Assembly (NCBI GenBank): GCA_963767735.1 | Contig: CAVYES010000006.1 | Coordinates: forward strand, 224,001-288,000 | Length of the DNA: 64,000 nt | From: Candidatus Bathyarchaeota archaeon | GTDB lineage: Archaea; Thermoproteota; Bathyarchaeia; Bathyarchaeales; Bathycorpusculaceae | Reading direction: 5' to 3' | Shown: positions 51,272-62,692 of the stretch, piece by piece | Numbering within the stretch: position 1 is the stretch's first letter | Layout of the letters: the number at the start of each line of letters is the position of its first letter | Notes under the pieces: generated by a model | Database searches by the model: none | Seen by the model: the letters and a program-made list of their open reading frames with translations, nothing else | What the model was told of the DNA's origin: nothing | Program-made: the position numbers and the translations under genes

Positions 51272-52960
51272 TTGGTGAAAATTATGTCTACAGGTGGAGG
51301 AACAGTCCCCGTTCTAGTATTAAAAGAAGGTACCGGAAGATCAACTGGCCGTGACGCGCAAAAAAACAACATCATGGCTGCAAAAATAGTAGCTGAAGCA
51401 GTGAAATCTACGCTCGGTCCATGCGGCATGGATAAAATGCTCGTTACCAGCATGGGCGACGTTGCTATAACTAATGACGGTGCAACCATAATGAAAGAGC
51501 TTGACATTCAACATCCAGCAGCAAAAATGCTTGTAGAAGTTGCAAAGGCTCAAGACAACGAGGTTGGTGACGGAACCACAACCGCAGTAATTTTGGCTGG
51601 AGAGTTACTCTCAAAAGCTGAAGGCTTGCTTGACAAAAACGTCCATCCCACAGTTATAATCGAAGGTTACAAGAAAGCTAGTGAGAAAGCTCAGGAAATT
51701 TTGGAACAAATAGCCATTCCCGTTTCCATTGAAGATGACAAAACCCTAAGGGATATAGCAATCACATCTTTGGCTAGCAAAGGCATCAATGTTGCCGAAG
51801 ACCACTTCGCAAAAATCATTGTTGAAGCAGTAAAACAGGTTTCAGAAAAAATCGACGGCAAATACACTTCGGACATCGACCTAATAAAAGTCGTTAAGAA
51901 ACACGGTAAAAGCCTAGATGAAACAGAACTTGTCAAAGGCATGGTTATCGACAAGGAAGTTGCAAGCTCACAAATGCCAAAGATCATTGACGGCGCCAAA
52001 ATCGCTTTGCTAAACGGCAAGATGGAGATTGAGAAAACAGAGTTCGACGCTAAAATAAACATTGAAAGTCCCAATCAAATGCAGCTTTTCCTCGATGAAG
52101 AAGAACGCATGCTCAAAGAAATGGTTACCGCAGTTACAAAAGCAGGCGCGAACGTTATCTTCTGCGAAAAAGGCATAGATGACATGGCACTGCACTTTTT
52201 AGGCAAAGCAGGCGTTTTAGCTGTTAAAAGCTTAAGCAGCAGCGACATGGAGAAAATGTCAAAGGCAACAGGCGGCAAAATAGTTGCAAACGTAAAAGAT
52301 TTAACTGCAGATGCACTTGGCAAGGCGAAACGTGTCGAAGAAGTAAAAATCGGCGACGACAAACTCATTTACGTACGTGAAGCCAAGAACCCCAAAGCCG
52401 TAACAATCGTAATCCGAGGCGCATCCAACCACGTTATCGACGAAGCAGAACGCTCACTACACGACGGCTTATGCGTCGTACGCAATGCAATTGAAGACGG
52501 CAAAATCGTTGCAGGCGGCGGCGCACCCGAAGCAGAACTGGCCAAAAACCTACGAGCCTACGCAGTTAAAGTCGGTGGACGAGAACAGTTGGCAGTGGAA
52601 GCTTACGCAGAAGCAGTCGAAGCGATACCATTAACGCTGGCGGAGAATGCAGGTTTAGACCCAATCGACATCATGGTAGCACTCAGAGCTCAGCATGAGA
52701 AACCAGACAGCAAATATTTCGGCATCGAAGTTTCAACAGGCAAAATCAAAAACATGCTTGACCTACTAGTCATTGAGCCACTACGCGTGAAGCAACAAGT
52801 CATAAAATCGGCCACTGAAGCCACAAACATGATACTTAAAATCGACGATATAATAAGCGTTAAAGGCGGCGGCAAAATGCCCCCAATGCCTCCAGGCGGA
52901 ATGGGAGGTATGGGTGGAATGGGCGGCATGGGTGGTATGGGCGGCGGAATGCCCTACTAA
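51272..52960 (+). CDS. ths: Thermosome (group II chaperonin) subunit
   Basis: [30 protein letters not shown]; GGM-repeat tail; probable start 51284. Confidence 0.97.
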   Translation: MVKIMSTGGGTVPVLVLKEGTGRSTGRDAQKNNIMAAKIVAEAVKSTLGPCGMDKMLVTSMGDVAITNDGATIMKELDIQHPAAKMLVEVAKAQDNEVGDGTTTAVILAGELLSKAEGLLDKNVHPTVIIEGYKKASEKAQEILEQIAIPVSIEDDKTLRDIAITSLASKGINVAEDHFAKIIVEAVKQVSEKIDGKYTSDIDLIKVVKKHGKSLDETELVKGMVIDKEVASSQMPKIIDGAKIALLNGKMEIEKTEFDAKINIESPNQMQLFLDEEERMLKEMVTAVTKAGANVIFCEKGIDDMALHFLGKAGVLAVKSLSSSDMEKMSKATGGKIVANVKDLTADALGKAKRVEEVKIGDDKLIYVREAKNPKAVTIVIRGASNHVIDEAERSLHDGLCVVRNAIEDGKIVAGGGAPEAELAKNLRAYAVKVGGREQLAVEAYAEAVEAIPLTLAENAGLDPIDIMVALRAQHEKPDSKYFGIEVSTGKIKNMLDLLVIEPLRVKQQVIKSATEATNMILKIDDIISVKGGGKMPPMPPGGMGGMGGMGGMGGMGGGMPY

Positions 52961-53000
52961 ATCCCTTCTTTATTCTTTTTTAGTTTTTTTTTAAAAAAAA
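52961..53000 (+). terminator. T-rich archaeal terminator
   Basis: Long oligo-T tracts directly after the thermosome stop. Confidence 0.5.
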
Positions 53001-53100
53001 ATAGTTGCTAATTATTTTTTGATCTGAAATTAAGGTAGCTGTTTACTGCAAATTTTATATTCACACGTTTAGTCATTATTCGGTATCTTGGAGTCTAAGT

Positions 53101-53859
53101 ATGAGGCACGTTAAGGTTACAGCATTTGATTGTCCTGATGCTTGGTTCAAAACGTTAAACAGTATATGGAGTGAAGGCGACGTTTTTCAAGTTGGCTACG
53201 GCTCGGAAGAAACAGAAACAAAAAAGCTCAATTTAACAATAGAAATCACTCATCCTGAAAACCGTCCACTCGTTAGTGACAAAGCACCTTGCGATATGAA
53301 GTATGTGCAGTGGTATGCTTTGACTTACTTGTGGTGTGGCGAGGGAAAGCAGGATGAAACTTACACTTACGGCAGCAGGCTCCGTGAACCCGTTGATCAA
53401 GTTGAAGAAGCAATCAAAAACTACGTAAAAGAGCAACGGGACAGGCAGGTTACAATGGTTGTTAGGTTGCCAGAGGATATCTACAAAATTAATCCAAAAA
53501 CAAAGGAAAAGCATGAACCGCCCTGCTTAAGCCTGATTGACACAGAAATTCTTGAGGGGAAAATGCATTTAACCTGCTACTTCCGCTCTTGGGATGCTTA
53601 CGCTGGTTTGCCAGCCAACATTGCAGGTTTGCAGCTTTTCAATGAGGCGTTCGTTTCTGAGATTAATGAGCGTGGAAATCTTTCTTTGAAAACTGGTAAA
53701 CTGATTTTCCATTCAAAGAACTGTCATATTTATCATCGCCAATTCAACCTTGTTAAGGAACTCTTTGAGCCTAAGGATAGTTCTAAGAATACTCGGATCG
53801 CAAAAACCATGCAAGAAGTCGAAAAACAAGAGCCAGCAAATACTGTGGAAAAGACTTGA
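53101..53859 (+). CDS. thyA: Thymidylate synthase family protein (archaeal ThyA-like)
   Basis: YTYGSRL, PPCL catalytic Cys, FRSWD, PANI, HIY. Confidence 0.7.
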   Translation: MRHVKVTAFDCPDAWFKTLNSIWSEGDVFQVGYGSEETETKKLNLTIEITHPENRPLVSDKAPCDMKYVQWYALTYLWCGEGKQDETYTYGSRLREPVDQVEEAIKNYVKEQRDRQVTMVVRLPEDIYKINPKTKEKHEPPCLSLIDTEILEGKMHLTCYFRSWDAYAGLPANIAGLQLFNEAFVSEINERGNLSLKTGKLIFHSKNCHIYHRQFNLVKELFEPKDSSKNTRIAKTMQEVEKQEPANTVEKT

Positions 53860-53937
53860 TGATTTATAACTTTACAAATATTTCTGATGACAATATTTTA
53901 TAGTTTCTGCAGCATTACTATTCTTAAGGGGAAAAAT

Positions 53938-54450
53938 ATGGGCCACTCAGCCACATGGAAAGTTTTGGAGGACTTGATGATAGAGCTTCGCACAAACGGG
54001 GTCACTATATTACCCGAAGTTCTTTCTGATTTAAAAAGCGCTAAGTTTATGATTAAACTTTCAGAGCAAGAAGGTAACTGGGGAGAGGCATCGCAGAAAG
54101 TTGAAGAGTACCTTGGAAGTGTTGAATCGTACCTTATTACTGAAGCACAAAAAAGTTTGAACCCTGAAATAATTGATCATTGGCTTGTTCGCTTGGAGGA
54201 AGCTAACGCAGAAACTTGCGAAAAGCAAGTAGATGAAGAAAACCTATTTATCACGGGCGTTCCTCGAGACCAAAAATGGGTCAGAGTTGAACCCATAGGC
54301 AATTTGCCAACCGAGCGAATACTGCAGATCGCAAAAGAGCGCCATCTCTCGGTCAACCCGCAAAAGGATGGGCGCCTAGTTGTCTACGGTCAACAAGAAG
54401 GCATCAAAGACTTCCTCAAAAAAATGACTGCAGAAACAGCAAAAAAATAA
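53938..54450 (+). CDS. DUF2096-like protein
   Basis: WKVLEDL, DLKSAK, VESYLI, GVPRD.KWVRV; likely start ATG 53938. Confidence 0.6.
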   Translation: MGHSATWKVLEDLMIELRTNGVTILPEVLSDLKSAKFMIKLSEQEGNWGEASQKVEEYLGSVESYLITEAQKSLNPEIIDHWLVRLEEANAETCEKQVDEENLFITGVPRDQKWVRVEPIGNLPTERILQIAKERHLSVNPQKDGRLVVYGQQEGIKDFLKKMTAETAKK

Positions 54451-54550
54451 ATGCGTGGTAACCTTCCCTAAAAACTCGAGTCCATCTTAGAAAATGATTT
54501 ATACTAAAGATTTTTATGAAATCGTTTACACATGTAAATGGTGAAAGGTT

Positions 54551-54796
54551 ATGAAGTTTGCTGAGATTGCTGTTTTGCTGAGGGAAATTGTTGACAGTTG
54601 CCCAAGTCTAGATGGAGCCACCATCGCTTTGATACCTCAGAGAGCCATGTACCCCTTGTATCAGGGGTATCACATTAATATTAAGGCGAATCTCTCGAAG
54701 GAAAGCATGAGTTGCCTAAGAAAAATAGTGGAAGGACACGACTTAGTGATGCAAATAAAGTCGGATTCAGTAATAGTCTATGAAACTCGATCATGA
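54551..54796 (+). CDS. Small hypothetical protein
   Basis: 81-aa ORF with GGTGA RBS-like sequence and downstream T-runs. Confidence 0.55.
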   Translation: MKFAEIAVLLREIVDSCPSLDGATIALIPQRAMYPLYQGYHINIKANLSKESMSCLRKIVEGHDLVMQIKSDSVIVYETRS

Positions 54797-54888
54797 CAAA
54801 ATCTTTTTTGTTTATTTTTTGTCATTTTTTAGGGTTTTGTTTCGATATGTTTTTTACGATAAGTCGCTAGTGAGTACTGGGAACCATT

Positions 54889-56133
54889 TTGGTAAGACTC
54901 AAAGGATTCCAAAAATTAACGTTAACTGACCAAGCACTGCAAAGCTGGCTGGCGGCGTTGCAAATTGGACCGTCCAAAGCTGCCACGGTATCTTTGCAGG
55001 ATGCTTTAGGTCGCGTTTTAGCCCAAGACTTAGTTGCCCAAGAAGACTTACCGAGGTTTGACAAGTCAGCCATGGATGGGTATGCAGTAAAATCCGCTAA
55101 CACAATTGGTGCTTCGCAATCTAAACCAACAACCTTCCAATTAACGGAAAACCAGGAAATAACCGATAAGCAGGTCAAGCAGGTTTGGACAGGAAACCCC
55201 ATCCCCAAAGGTGCGGATGCAGTGGTTATGCTTGAGGACATTAAGAAACGAGAGAAGGCTCTGGAAGTTTGGAGCCAACTTGCCCCTGGAGCCAACGTTG
55301 CCAAGATAGGTGAGGACCTTAAAAAAGGCTCAATCATCGCTAAGGCTGGCACACGATTGAACCCTTACCACATAGGATTAGCTGCTGCATTAGGATACAG
55401 TCAACTAAAAGTTGCGGAGAAACCGAAAATTGCCATTTTAGCCACAGGAAATGAACTTGCGGAAGTCGGCACGCAGCTTTCTGGAAGCCTCATTTATGAT
55501 TCAAACAAAATTATGATTTCTGCCATGTGCACAGAATTGGGTGCAGAAGCAACTGATTGCGGCATAGCCAAAGATAACGTAGATGAAATCGCCGTAAAAA
55601 TCCAAAATGCCCTCAAGACACACGATGCAGTAATCACTACTGGCGGGACAAGTGTTGGGGGATTAGACTTGGTGCCCGATGCAGTTAACAAGCTTGGAAA
55701 ACCCGGGGTGATAGTTCACGGTGTTGCACTTAGACCAGCGATGCCGACAGCCCTTGGTATGTTGGAGGGTAAGCCCGTTTTGATTTTGTCAGGTAACCCA
55801 GTGGCTGCAATAGTTGGTTTTGAAGTGTTCGGTAGACCGATGATTTGCCGGTTGCTTGGAATGAGCAAAACAGAGCCAAGGCCAATGTTGAAAGCTACTT
55901 TGGCAAAGAGGATTGCTAGTGCGCTTGGAAGAAAAACTTACGTTCGGGTCCGTGTGATTTTGAAGGGCGGCGACGAGTTTTATGCTGAGCCAGTTAGCGC
56001 GAAAGGTTCAGGGTCAATATCTACCATGACTCAGAGCAACGGTTTCGTAGCCGTGCCAGAGAATCGTGAAGGCGTAAGCGAAGGCGAAACTGTGATAGTT
56101 CATGTGTTTGGGAGTTTGGAGGTTGTGAACTGA
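54889..56133 (+). CDS. moeA: Molybdopterin molybdotransferase MoeA
   Basis: GRVLA, SAMDGYAV, TG.PIP.GADAV, TGNEL, TGGTSVG, LSGNP. Confidence 0.95.
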   Translation: MVRLKGFQKLTLTDQALQSWLAALQIGPSKAATVSLQDALGRVLAQDLVAQEDLPRFDKSAMDGYAVKSANTIGASQSKPTTFQLTENQEITDKQVKQVWTGNPIPKGADAVVMLEDIKKREKALEVWSQLAPGANVAKIGEDLKKGSIIAKAGTRLNPYHIGLAAALGYSQLKVAEKPKIAILATGNELAEVGTQLSGSLIYDSNKIMISAMCTELGAEATDCGIAKDNVDEIAVKIQNALKTHDAVITTGGTSVGGLDLVPDAVNKLGKPGVIVHGVALRPAMPTALGMLEGKPVLILSGNPVAAIVGFEVFGRPMICRLLGMSKTEPRPMLKATLAKRIASALGRKTYVRVRVILKGGDEFYAEPVSAKGSGSISTMTQSNGFVAVPENREGVSEGETVIVHVFGSLEVVN

Positions 56134-57384
56134 GTGTTTAGGAAGCTTATGACGTTTGATGAGGCGCAGAAAGCTATTGGAGACCATTTTGTGCCTGCTG
56201 TTTTAGGTGAAGAAGAGGCTGTGCTGCTTGAAGCTTACAATCGTGTTCTAAGTGAAGACGTGGTTTCAACGCTTGATATTCCACCGTTTAACCGTTCAAC
56301 CGTTGACGGCTACGCTGTCCGTGCCGAGGACACTTTTGGAGCAGAAGAAAACCAACCTGTAACCCTGAAAGTTTGCGGCATCGTGAACATTGGGGAGCAG
56401 CCAAAAGTGGTCCTAGCGAAAGGTGAAGCTGTAGAAATTGTCACCGGTGCCCCGATTCCCGAAGGAGCTAACGCCGCGGTTATGGTTGAGGACACGGAAA
56501 GAGAGGACACCGAACTGCATGTTTTCTGTCCAGTCACCGTGAACGAGAATGTCATGAAGAAGGGCTCAGACATAAAACGTGGCGAAGCGGTGCTCAAAAA
56601 AGGGCAGGTTTTGGGATCTTCAGAGATTGGCGTTTTAGCAGCTTTGGGTTTGACTACAGCTAAAGTTTCCAAAATCCCCATAGTTGCGGTTTTGTCTACA
56701 GGCGGTGAAGTGACTGAGCCCGGTAAGGTTTTGCCTGCTGGAAAAATCTATGACATTAACGCTTACAGCCTGAGCACGGCAGTGATTGAAAGCGGTGGAA
56801 AACCAGTTTACTTCGGCGTTGTTCCTGACGATAAAGCGGCTTTGTCTAAGGCTTTGCAGACTTCTTTGGCTTCAGCCGACATGGTGATTACTTCTGGCGG
56901 AGTCTCTGTTGGTCCAAGAGACTACACTCCGCAAATCGTGGATTCGCTTGGTAAGCCCGGAATAGTTGTTTACGGCATCGCGGTTAAGCCGGGGAAACCT
57001 ACGACTGTTGGGTTTGTAGGCGAGAAACCCGTTTTTTCGTTGCCTGGTCATCCCACGTCTGCTTTGCTGATTTTTTATTTGCTTGCTAGGCCCCTGATTC
57101 AGCGGTTAGCTGGCAGACCTGCGACTGGAATGACGGTGGTTAGGGCTGTTGCTGGCGCACGAATGTTTAGCGCTAAAGGCAGACGAACCTTCGTCATGGT
57201 TAAGTTGGAATTTGATAAAGATTGCCATTTGATTGCTGAACCGGTTGAAAGTGGCGCTTCTGGCGCAATTACGACTTTAGCTAAAGCTGACGGATTCGTT
57301 GAAATACCTGAGAACGAGCAATTCGTGGATGTTGATGAAGAGATTGCTGTTTTCTTATTCCGTAATGTTTCAGGTAAGGTTTAG
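56134..57384 (+). CDS. moeA: Molybdopterin molybdotransferase MoeA (second paralog)
   Basis: PPFNRSTVDGYAV, SGGVSVG, KPGKP, LPGHP. Confidence 0.95.
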   Translation: MFRKLMTFDEAQKAIGDHFVPAVLGEEEAVLLEAYNRVLSEDVVSTLDIPPFNRSTVDGYAVRAEDTFGAEENQPVTLKVCGIVNIGEQPKVVLAKGEAVEIVTGAPIPEGANAAVMVEDTEREDTELHVFCPVTVNENVMKKGSDIKRGEAVLKKGQVLGSSEIGVLAALGLTTAKVSKIPIVAVLSTGGEVTEPGKVLPAGKIYDINAYSLSTAVIESGGKPVYFGVVPDDKAALSKALQTSLASADMVITSGGVSVGPRDYTPQIVDSLGKPGIVVYGIAVKPGKPTTVGFVGEKPVFSLPGHPTSALLIFYLLARPLIQRLAGRPATGMTVVRAVAGARMFSAKGRRTFVMVKLEFDKDCHLIAEPVESGASGAITTLAKADGFVEIPENEQFVDVDEEIAVFLFRNVSGKV

Positions 57385-57518
57385 AATTTAAGCCGAAACA
57401 TTTGAAGTTTTTTCTTGTGAACGTTCAGTGCTATTTTAGGCTTCTTTCAATTGAAAAGATAGGTTATTTTTTCAATGTAAGAAAAAATTAAATGTTGCTT
57501 TCTAAATGCTTGTTAAAT

Positions 57519-57875
57519 TTATCTTCTCCTTGCCAACAGGAGGTATCCTGCAAATATGAATGTGAGAGCTGCGTAAACAGTCATGCTTATGCCAATTAGT
57601 GCATTGCTGAATCCTGCGATGACTAAGGTGTAGATTGAAAAGGTTGCTGCACCAGCAAATAAGACGAATAGTATCCAAGGTGCCCAAGCTCTTTTTGTAA
57701 AGATGCCATAATCAGTTATCAAGCTAAGGATGCCGACTAAAGCAAGCTGCGGCGGGAACCCAGTGAAGGGCAGAAAAACCAAAAGGATTATTCCGCTGAT
57801 GGCATAGAAGGCTATTGCTGCTATTTCTATGCGGCTGAAATTTTTTAGTCTAGATACCATTGACGCTAAAGACAC
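57519..57875 (-). CDS. Small 4-TM membrane protein
   Basis: Four hydrophobic segments, basic C-terminus. Confidence 0.65.
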   Translation of the reverse strand: MSLASMVSRLKNFSRIEIAAIAFYAISGIILLVFLPFTGFPPQLALVGILSLITDYGIFTKRAWAPWILFVLFAGAATFSIYTLVIAGFSNALIGISMTVYAALTFIFAGYLLLARRR

Positions 57876-57992
57876 TTTTTGCTCGCCTTTACCCTATGCA
57901 GTAGAGGTTTAATTAATAAATTTAATGCATTGATTGAGCGAAAAAGTTTAGAGCAAGCGCAGGTGAATACCAAGAGAGGATTGAAATTACCT

Positions 57993-58891
57993 ATGAGTTA
58001 TCTTGAACTGTTCACTTCGCAAACTAACGTTTTCAGTGGTGTGCAAAAGTCGTTTGAAGAAGCACGATACGTGATTTTCGGTGCGCCCTTTGATGCGACA
58101 AGCACGTATCGGAGCGGTGCAAGGTTTGCTCCGCAGGCAATTAGGCAGGCGTCTTTGAATATTGAAACATACAGTTTTCGCAGCAGAATTGACGTTGAAG
58201 ATTTAGCTCTGCATGACGCTGGCGACTTGGATGTATCTGTGGATGCCCAGAGGACCCTGGATATGACTAGGCTTGTGGTTGCGGATATTTTGGCTGCTGG
58301 CAAGGTGCCTGTGGCTTTAGGTGGAGAACACACGATTACGCTTGGGCTTGCGAAGGGTTTAGGCGCAAAAGCGGCGAAAACGGCGGTGGTAAGTTTTGAT
58401 GCGCATTTGGATTTGCGATGCGAATTTTTAGGTTCAACCCTGTCCCACACGACGTTTATGCAACAAATAAGTGAGGAAGTGAAGCCCGCGAAAATCTTTG
58501 AGGTCGGCACACGCTCAGCATGCAAGGAAGAATTGGCATATGCCAATAAGGCCGGGGTAGAGTTTTTCACTTCACAGCAAATAATCAATCAAGGTTCAAA
58601 TCGGGTTGCCGAACAGTTGAAACAGAAGCTTTTGCCTTACGAGAACGTGTATTTAACGGTGGATATGGATGTGCTTGACCCTGCGTTTGCTCCTGCAGTG
58701 CAGAACCCTGAGCCTGAAGGACTCACCACAACCGCCTTGCTAGACATTGCCTGTACTTGTGCGATAAACGCATGTTAGGCTTTGATGTAGTGGAGATTGC
58801 GCCGATTTACGACCAAGGCGTATCAGCCATTGTAGCGGCAAAGATAATCTTTGAAATGCTATGTCAACTTGAAAAATCAAGAAAAAAGTAA
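57993..58891 (+). CDS. speB: Agmatinase (arginase family), frameshift near 58757
   Basis: GGEH, DAHLD, DMDVLDP; the alternative frame gives GFDVVEIAPIYD...AAKIIFE to TAA 58891. Confidence 0.85.
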
Positions 58892-58897
58892 TCTCTA

Positions 58898-59441
58898 TTA
58901 AACCATCTTAGCAAGTTCTTCTGCCCAGATTCGGATTGCGCCAAGGTCTCTTGTGTCATAGATTCCCGGTTCTGTTTCTTTGTAGGCGGCCTCTACTCTT
59001 GATCGGTCAATTTCCATGGCTTTTTTGGCGTACCATGGCACATTGTTGTAGTTATAGATCCCGCCGAACAACCCTAAAGCCGCTGGGTGCAGATTGAACT
59101 TACCTGCTTTTTCTTCAAGATACTTCCGTTTTGCCCGCTCAACTACCTCAGGTTTATCCTTGTCAGAAGCTGAACCGCAACAGACAAAAAGCGCCACCTT
59201 CTTGTTTGCAAGCTGCTTTTGGAAGGTTTTGAGGAATTTTTCTGGTTCGCGTGTCCAATTATTGATTTGGATGCCGCTGCCAACGATGACGAGGTCAAAT
59301 GGGTTATGTCTTTGATTTTTTCTTTTTTAGCGTTAACAACTTGCGCTTGGATTCCTTTTTGCCTAAAGTATTTGCGATTTCTTCAGAGGTGCTCGCTGCT
59401 GCGCCGTAACGGGTTCCATAAACAATCAATGCTTTATTCAT
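58898..59441 (-). CDS. Flavodoxin-domain protein (HemG-like), frameshifted
   Basis: MNKALIVYGTRYGAAASTSEEIA from ATG 59441; C-terminal ALFVCC...FGG...DTRD..IRIWAEEL. Confidence 0.7.
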
Positions 59442-59453
59442 TGTTTTTCCCTC

Positions 59454-60126
59454 CTAGATGGGTTTCTTAGTTTTAATAGTTCCATATTCCAGACGTACAA
59501 TTCTGTCGGCGATTATCATGCGGATGTCATGCGTCACTATGACCACAGATTTATTATTGTTCTTGGCGAGGTCCTGGAGGATGCTGCCTATTTTTTGTCC
59601 TGTCTTCGAATCCAGATTTCCTGTCGGTTCGTCGGCCAATATTATTTTCGGGTTGTTTGCTAAGGCCCATGCAATAGACACTCTCTGTTTCTCTCCCCCG
59701 CTAGTCCGCAGGGAAGAAACCAGTCTTTCTCCCAAGCCTACGTCGGTTAACAGTTCTCTGGCTTTTGTTTTTGCTTCATTGCCTCGTGTTCCATTGAGGT
59801 TCAAAGCGATTTCAACGTTTTCTTGAGCAGTCAATGATTTTAAGAGGTTGAAGCTTTGGAAGACGAAGCCGATTTTCTTTCTCATGATTCCCGGTAGCTC
59901 TTTTTCGGGTAGATAGATTTTCTCTCCTCTATGTATATGTCTCCGCTCGTAGGGGTTAATATGAAGCCTAGCAAGGAGAGCAATCTTGTTTTTCCGCTTC
60001 CGCTTGGACCAAGATCACCAGGACTTACCCTTCGCTGACCTTCATAGACAATCTTTACCGCTTGTACCTTCTGTTATTAGAGCTAAATTCTTTGCTCAAA
60101 TTTCTAACTTTGACTACTTCATTCAT
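59454..60126 (-). pseudogene. LolD/MacB-type ABC ATPase, multiply frameshifted
   Basis: MNEVVKVRNLSKEF start; GPSGSGK region; IGFVFQSFNL, SGGEKQRV, ADEPTGNLD. Confidence 0.75.
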
Positions 60127-60138
60127 GCGATACATCTC

Positions 60139-61100
60139 CTATGCCCTGAATACTATCGCGGGGTCTATTTTGCCTACTTTTCGTATCGACAATAGAGAGC
60201 CCAAAACCGACAGCGTCACAGTCAAGCCGTACACGGCAACTACAGGCTGAACGGTGATTTCATAGGCAAGATGGTAACGGAAGTAATCACCAATGTGGCA
60301 GCCAATGACAATGCCAATCCAGCGATGAAGCCTATTGTTGCTGGCCAAAACGCCTGTTCAATGAGGATTTTATAGATGTCCCTCTTTGCTGCTCCTATCG
60401 CCTTGAGTGTTCCATATTCGGTATGCTTTCCATGGTCGCAGTATAGATTGTGAGCGAAACGATGGTTACTGCTACGAATAATCCGACTCCGGCAAAAACC
60501 GCAACCATCGCGCCTATCCCTGATTGATACAACATATAATTTACTGTATTTGCCCGATTTCAGAATTTGACAATGCGTTAACACCGCTTATCTGAGCAAT
60601 CTGCTTTGTAACCTGCGCTACATCTTGGGGCTGCTGAACCACGACCAGCACGTAATTCGTTTCGTTGCCGTTTAAGTTGCAGAGTTTCTGGGCGTTTTCT
60701 TCGAGGTGAAAAGCAACGGGTACAAGAATGACTTTGCGCCGCTGCATACGCCCATGATTTCTTCAGGTGAACATTAACCTAATGTTTCGCCAATCAAATT
60801 GCCCAAGCCAACGAGCGATTCATCCACAACACCGAATTATTGGCTATTTAAATTGCTGATCCTACCTGAAACAAGATTCCAAGAGTAACCGAGTTTTAGC
60901 CATGTACGCCGCCTATACGTTTGTTTTCATGCCTTAGGTATGCTGATTAAACCACGGAGTACGTTTTTCACGCCGTATTGGTTCTACTCGTTAAAAGTTT
61001 GCTGATATTGATTGTCCTTTGCAAATCCACATTCTGAGGATTAGCGCCAAATTCGCGTTTGAATGGTCTGCTATGCACCATGCTATCCCAGATCCTATAG
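60139..61100 (-). pseudogene. FtsX/DevC-type ABC permease, heavily fragmented
   Basis: Fragments EYGTLKAIGA, SIRKVGKIDPAIVFRA, NYVLV...QIAQ in alternating frames. Confidence 0.65.
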
Positions 61101-61327
61101 ATTGCCTATCCAATAGGACCATTGTCGAAGGCGGTGCCGTTTGCCGAATGCTGAACGCTTTTAAGGTACTTTTTGGATTGAAGTTCAACCGAGAACGCCT
61201 TTTCTTTTTTTTCTCCATTTTTGTCTTTTCCTCAGCCATTTATAAGCCGCGAAGGGTGATTAGTTTTATTTGATTCAGATGCTAAGAAGTAAGCATTGAA
61301 GTCAAAATCTCAATAGGGTGCAAAAGG

Positions 61328-62075
61328 ATGGTTGAGGAGTCTGGGTTGGCAAAGTTGTTTTTTGAGTTGGCGAGTGAAAGCCGCCTTTGCATACTACGTG
61401 AGCTGCAGAAGGAAAATTTGAAGATGCAGGAAATCGCCCGCCGACTTGACGTCACTCCGACTGAAGCTTTTAGGCAGCTGGAACGGCTAAGCGCAGGTTC
61501 GCTGGTTCAGAGGCAGCCTGACGGCACATTCGCGCTTGCTGAGTATGGCAAACTGGTTCTTCAAATTTCCACTTCTTTAGATTTCATCTCAAAGCATAAG
61601 GAGTATTTTTCAACGCATGATTTGATGCGGTTTGCCCAACCAATTCGTGAACAGGTTAGGCGAGCTTGCAGGCGCAAAGTTTGAAATGGACACGGTTGAG
61701 AGCCTAAATAAGGGCGCGAAGTGGTTTACTGAGGCTAAGCAGTACGCTTGGGGTATCGGCGAAGGCACTATTCCAGAACACATGATTCCAGTAATGAATC
61801 AGCAGGTTCAACGGGGAATCCAAATCAAAATGCTTATTCCAAGGGAACTTCTCCCTGCTGTGAATCAGCCTGGAACGCCGAAAAACGTGGAAACACGAGG
61901 CTTATCCGACCTCCCTGGAATAATCGCCCTTACTGAAGAGATGGCTGGCATATGCTTCCGCCAAATTGGAGGAAGAATTGACTATGCGGGCTTTTTCGGA
62001 AGCGACCCCACATTCCACAACTGGGTTAAAGACCTATTCCAGTATTATTGGGAAAAGGGAAAAAGAGCTCCATAA
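61328..62075 (+). CDS. ArsR-like wHTH transcriptional regulator (DUF1724/FilR1-type), frameshift near 61632
   Basis: LFFELASESRLCIL...AFRQLERL...LAEYG; continues P.QFVNRLGEL...FHNWVKDLFQYYWE. Confidence 0.75.
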
Positions 62076-62090
62076 TTTGTACCTGAAGGA

Positions 62091-62672
62091 ATGTGTTTGG
62101 TTAAGGAATCAGAATTAAGTGTCTTCACAATCGGGCACTCAACCAGGACCATGGACGAGTTCATTGAGTTGCTCAAAACTTACTGCGTCGCCTTGGTAGT
62201 GGATGTGCGCACCGTTCCCCGTAGCAGACATAACCCACAATTTAACAAGGAAACCCTGCCAAACACACTCAAACCAGAAGGCATAAAATACATTCATATG
62301 CCAGACATCGGCGGCTTACGGAGACCCAAACATGACTCCATAAACCTGGCATGGAAAAACAGCGGCTTTCGAGGCTACGCAGATTACATGCAGACCCAAG
62401 AGTTCACCGACAACCTGCTAAAAATCATCGCCCTCGCACGGGAGAACCGTTTAGCGTTGATGTGTGCTGAAGCGTTGCCTTGGCGATGCCACCGAAGCCT
62501 CATCTCCGACGCACTTGTCGTTCGGCACGTCAAAGTTGAACATGTCATAAGCGCAACCAGCTGCCTCAACCATCAACTCAACGAGATGGCGCATGTGGAA
62601 GGAACACAAATAACCTACCCCTTATTCACTAAAGAAACACCTCAGAGAACACTTGGCGACTTTGGAGCATAA
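62091..62672 (+). CDS. DUF488 family protein
   Basis: FTIGHSTR, DVRTVPRSR, GGLR, MCAE.LPWRCHR. Confidence 0.85.
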   Translation: MCLVKESELSVFTIGHSTRTMDEFIELLKTYCVALVVDVRTVPRSRHNPQFNKETLPNTLKPEGIKYIHMPDIGGLRRPKHDSINLAWKNSGFRGYADYMQTQEFTDNLLKIIALARENRLALMCAEALPWRCHRSLISDALVVRHVKVEHVISATSCLNHQLNEMAHVEGTQITYPLFTKETPQRTLGDFGA

Positions 62673-62692
62673 CTTGGCTTTTTTTATTTACT

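Noticed and set aside
52866-52957. GGCATG/GGTATG tandem repeat
   Set aside because: Encodes the ordinary GGM-rich chaperonin tail.
54889-57384. Tandem moeA duplication
   Set aside because: Two MoeA paralogs are common in archaea.
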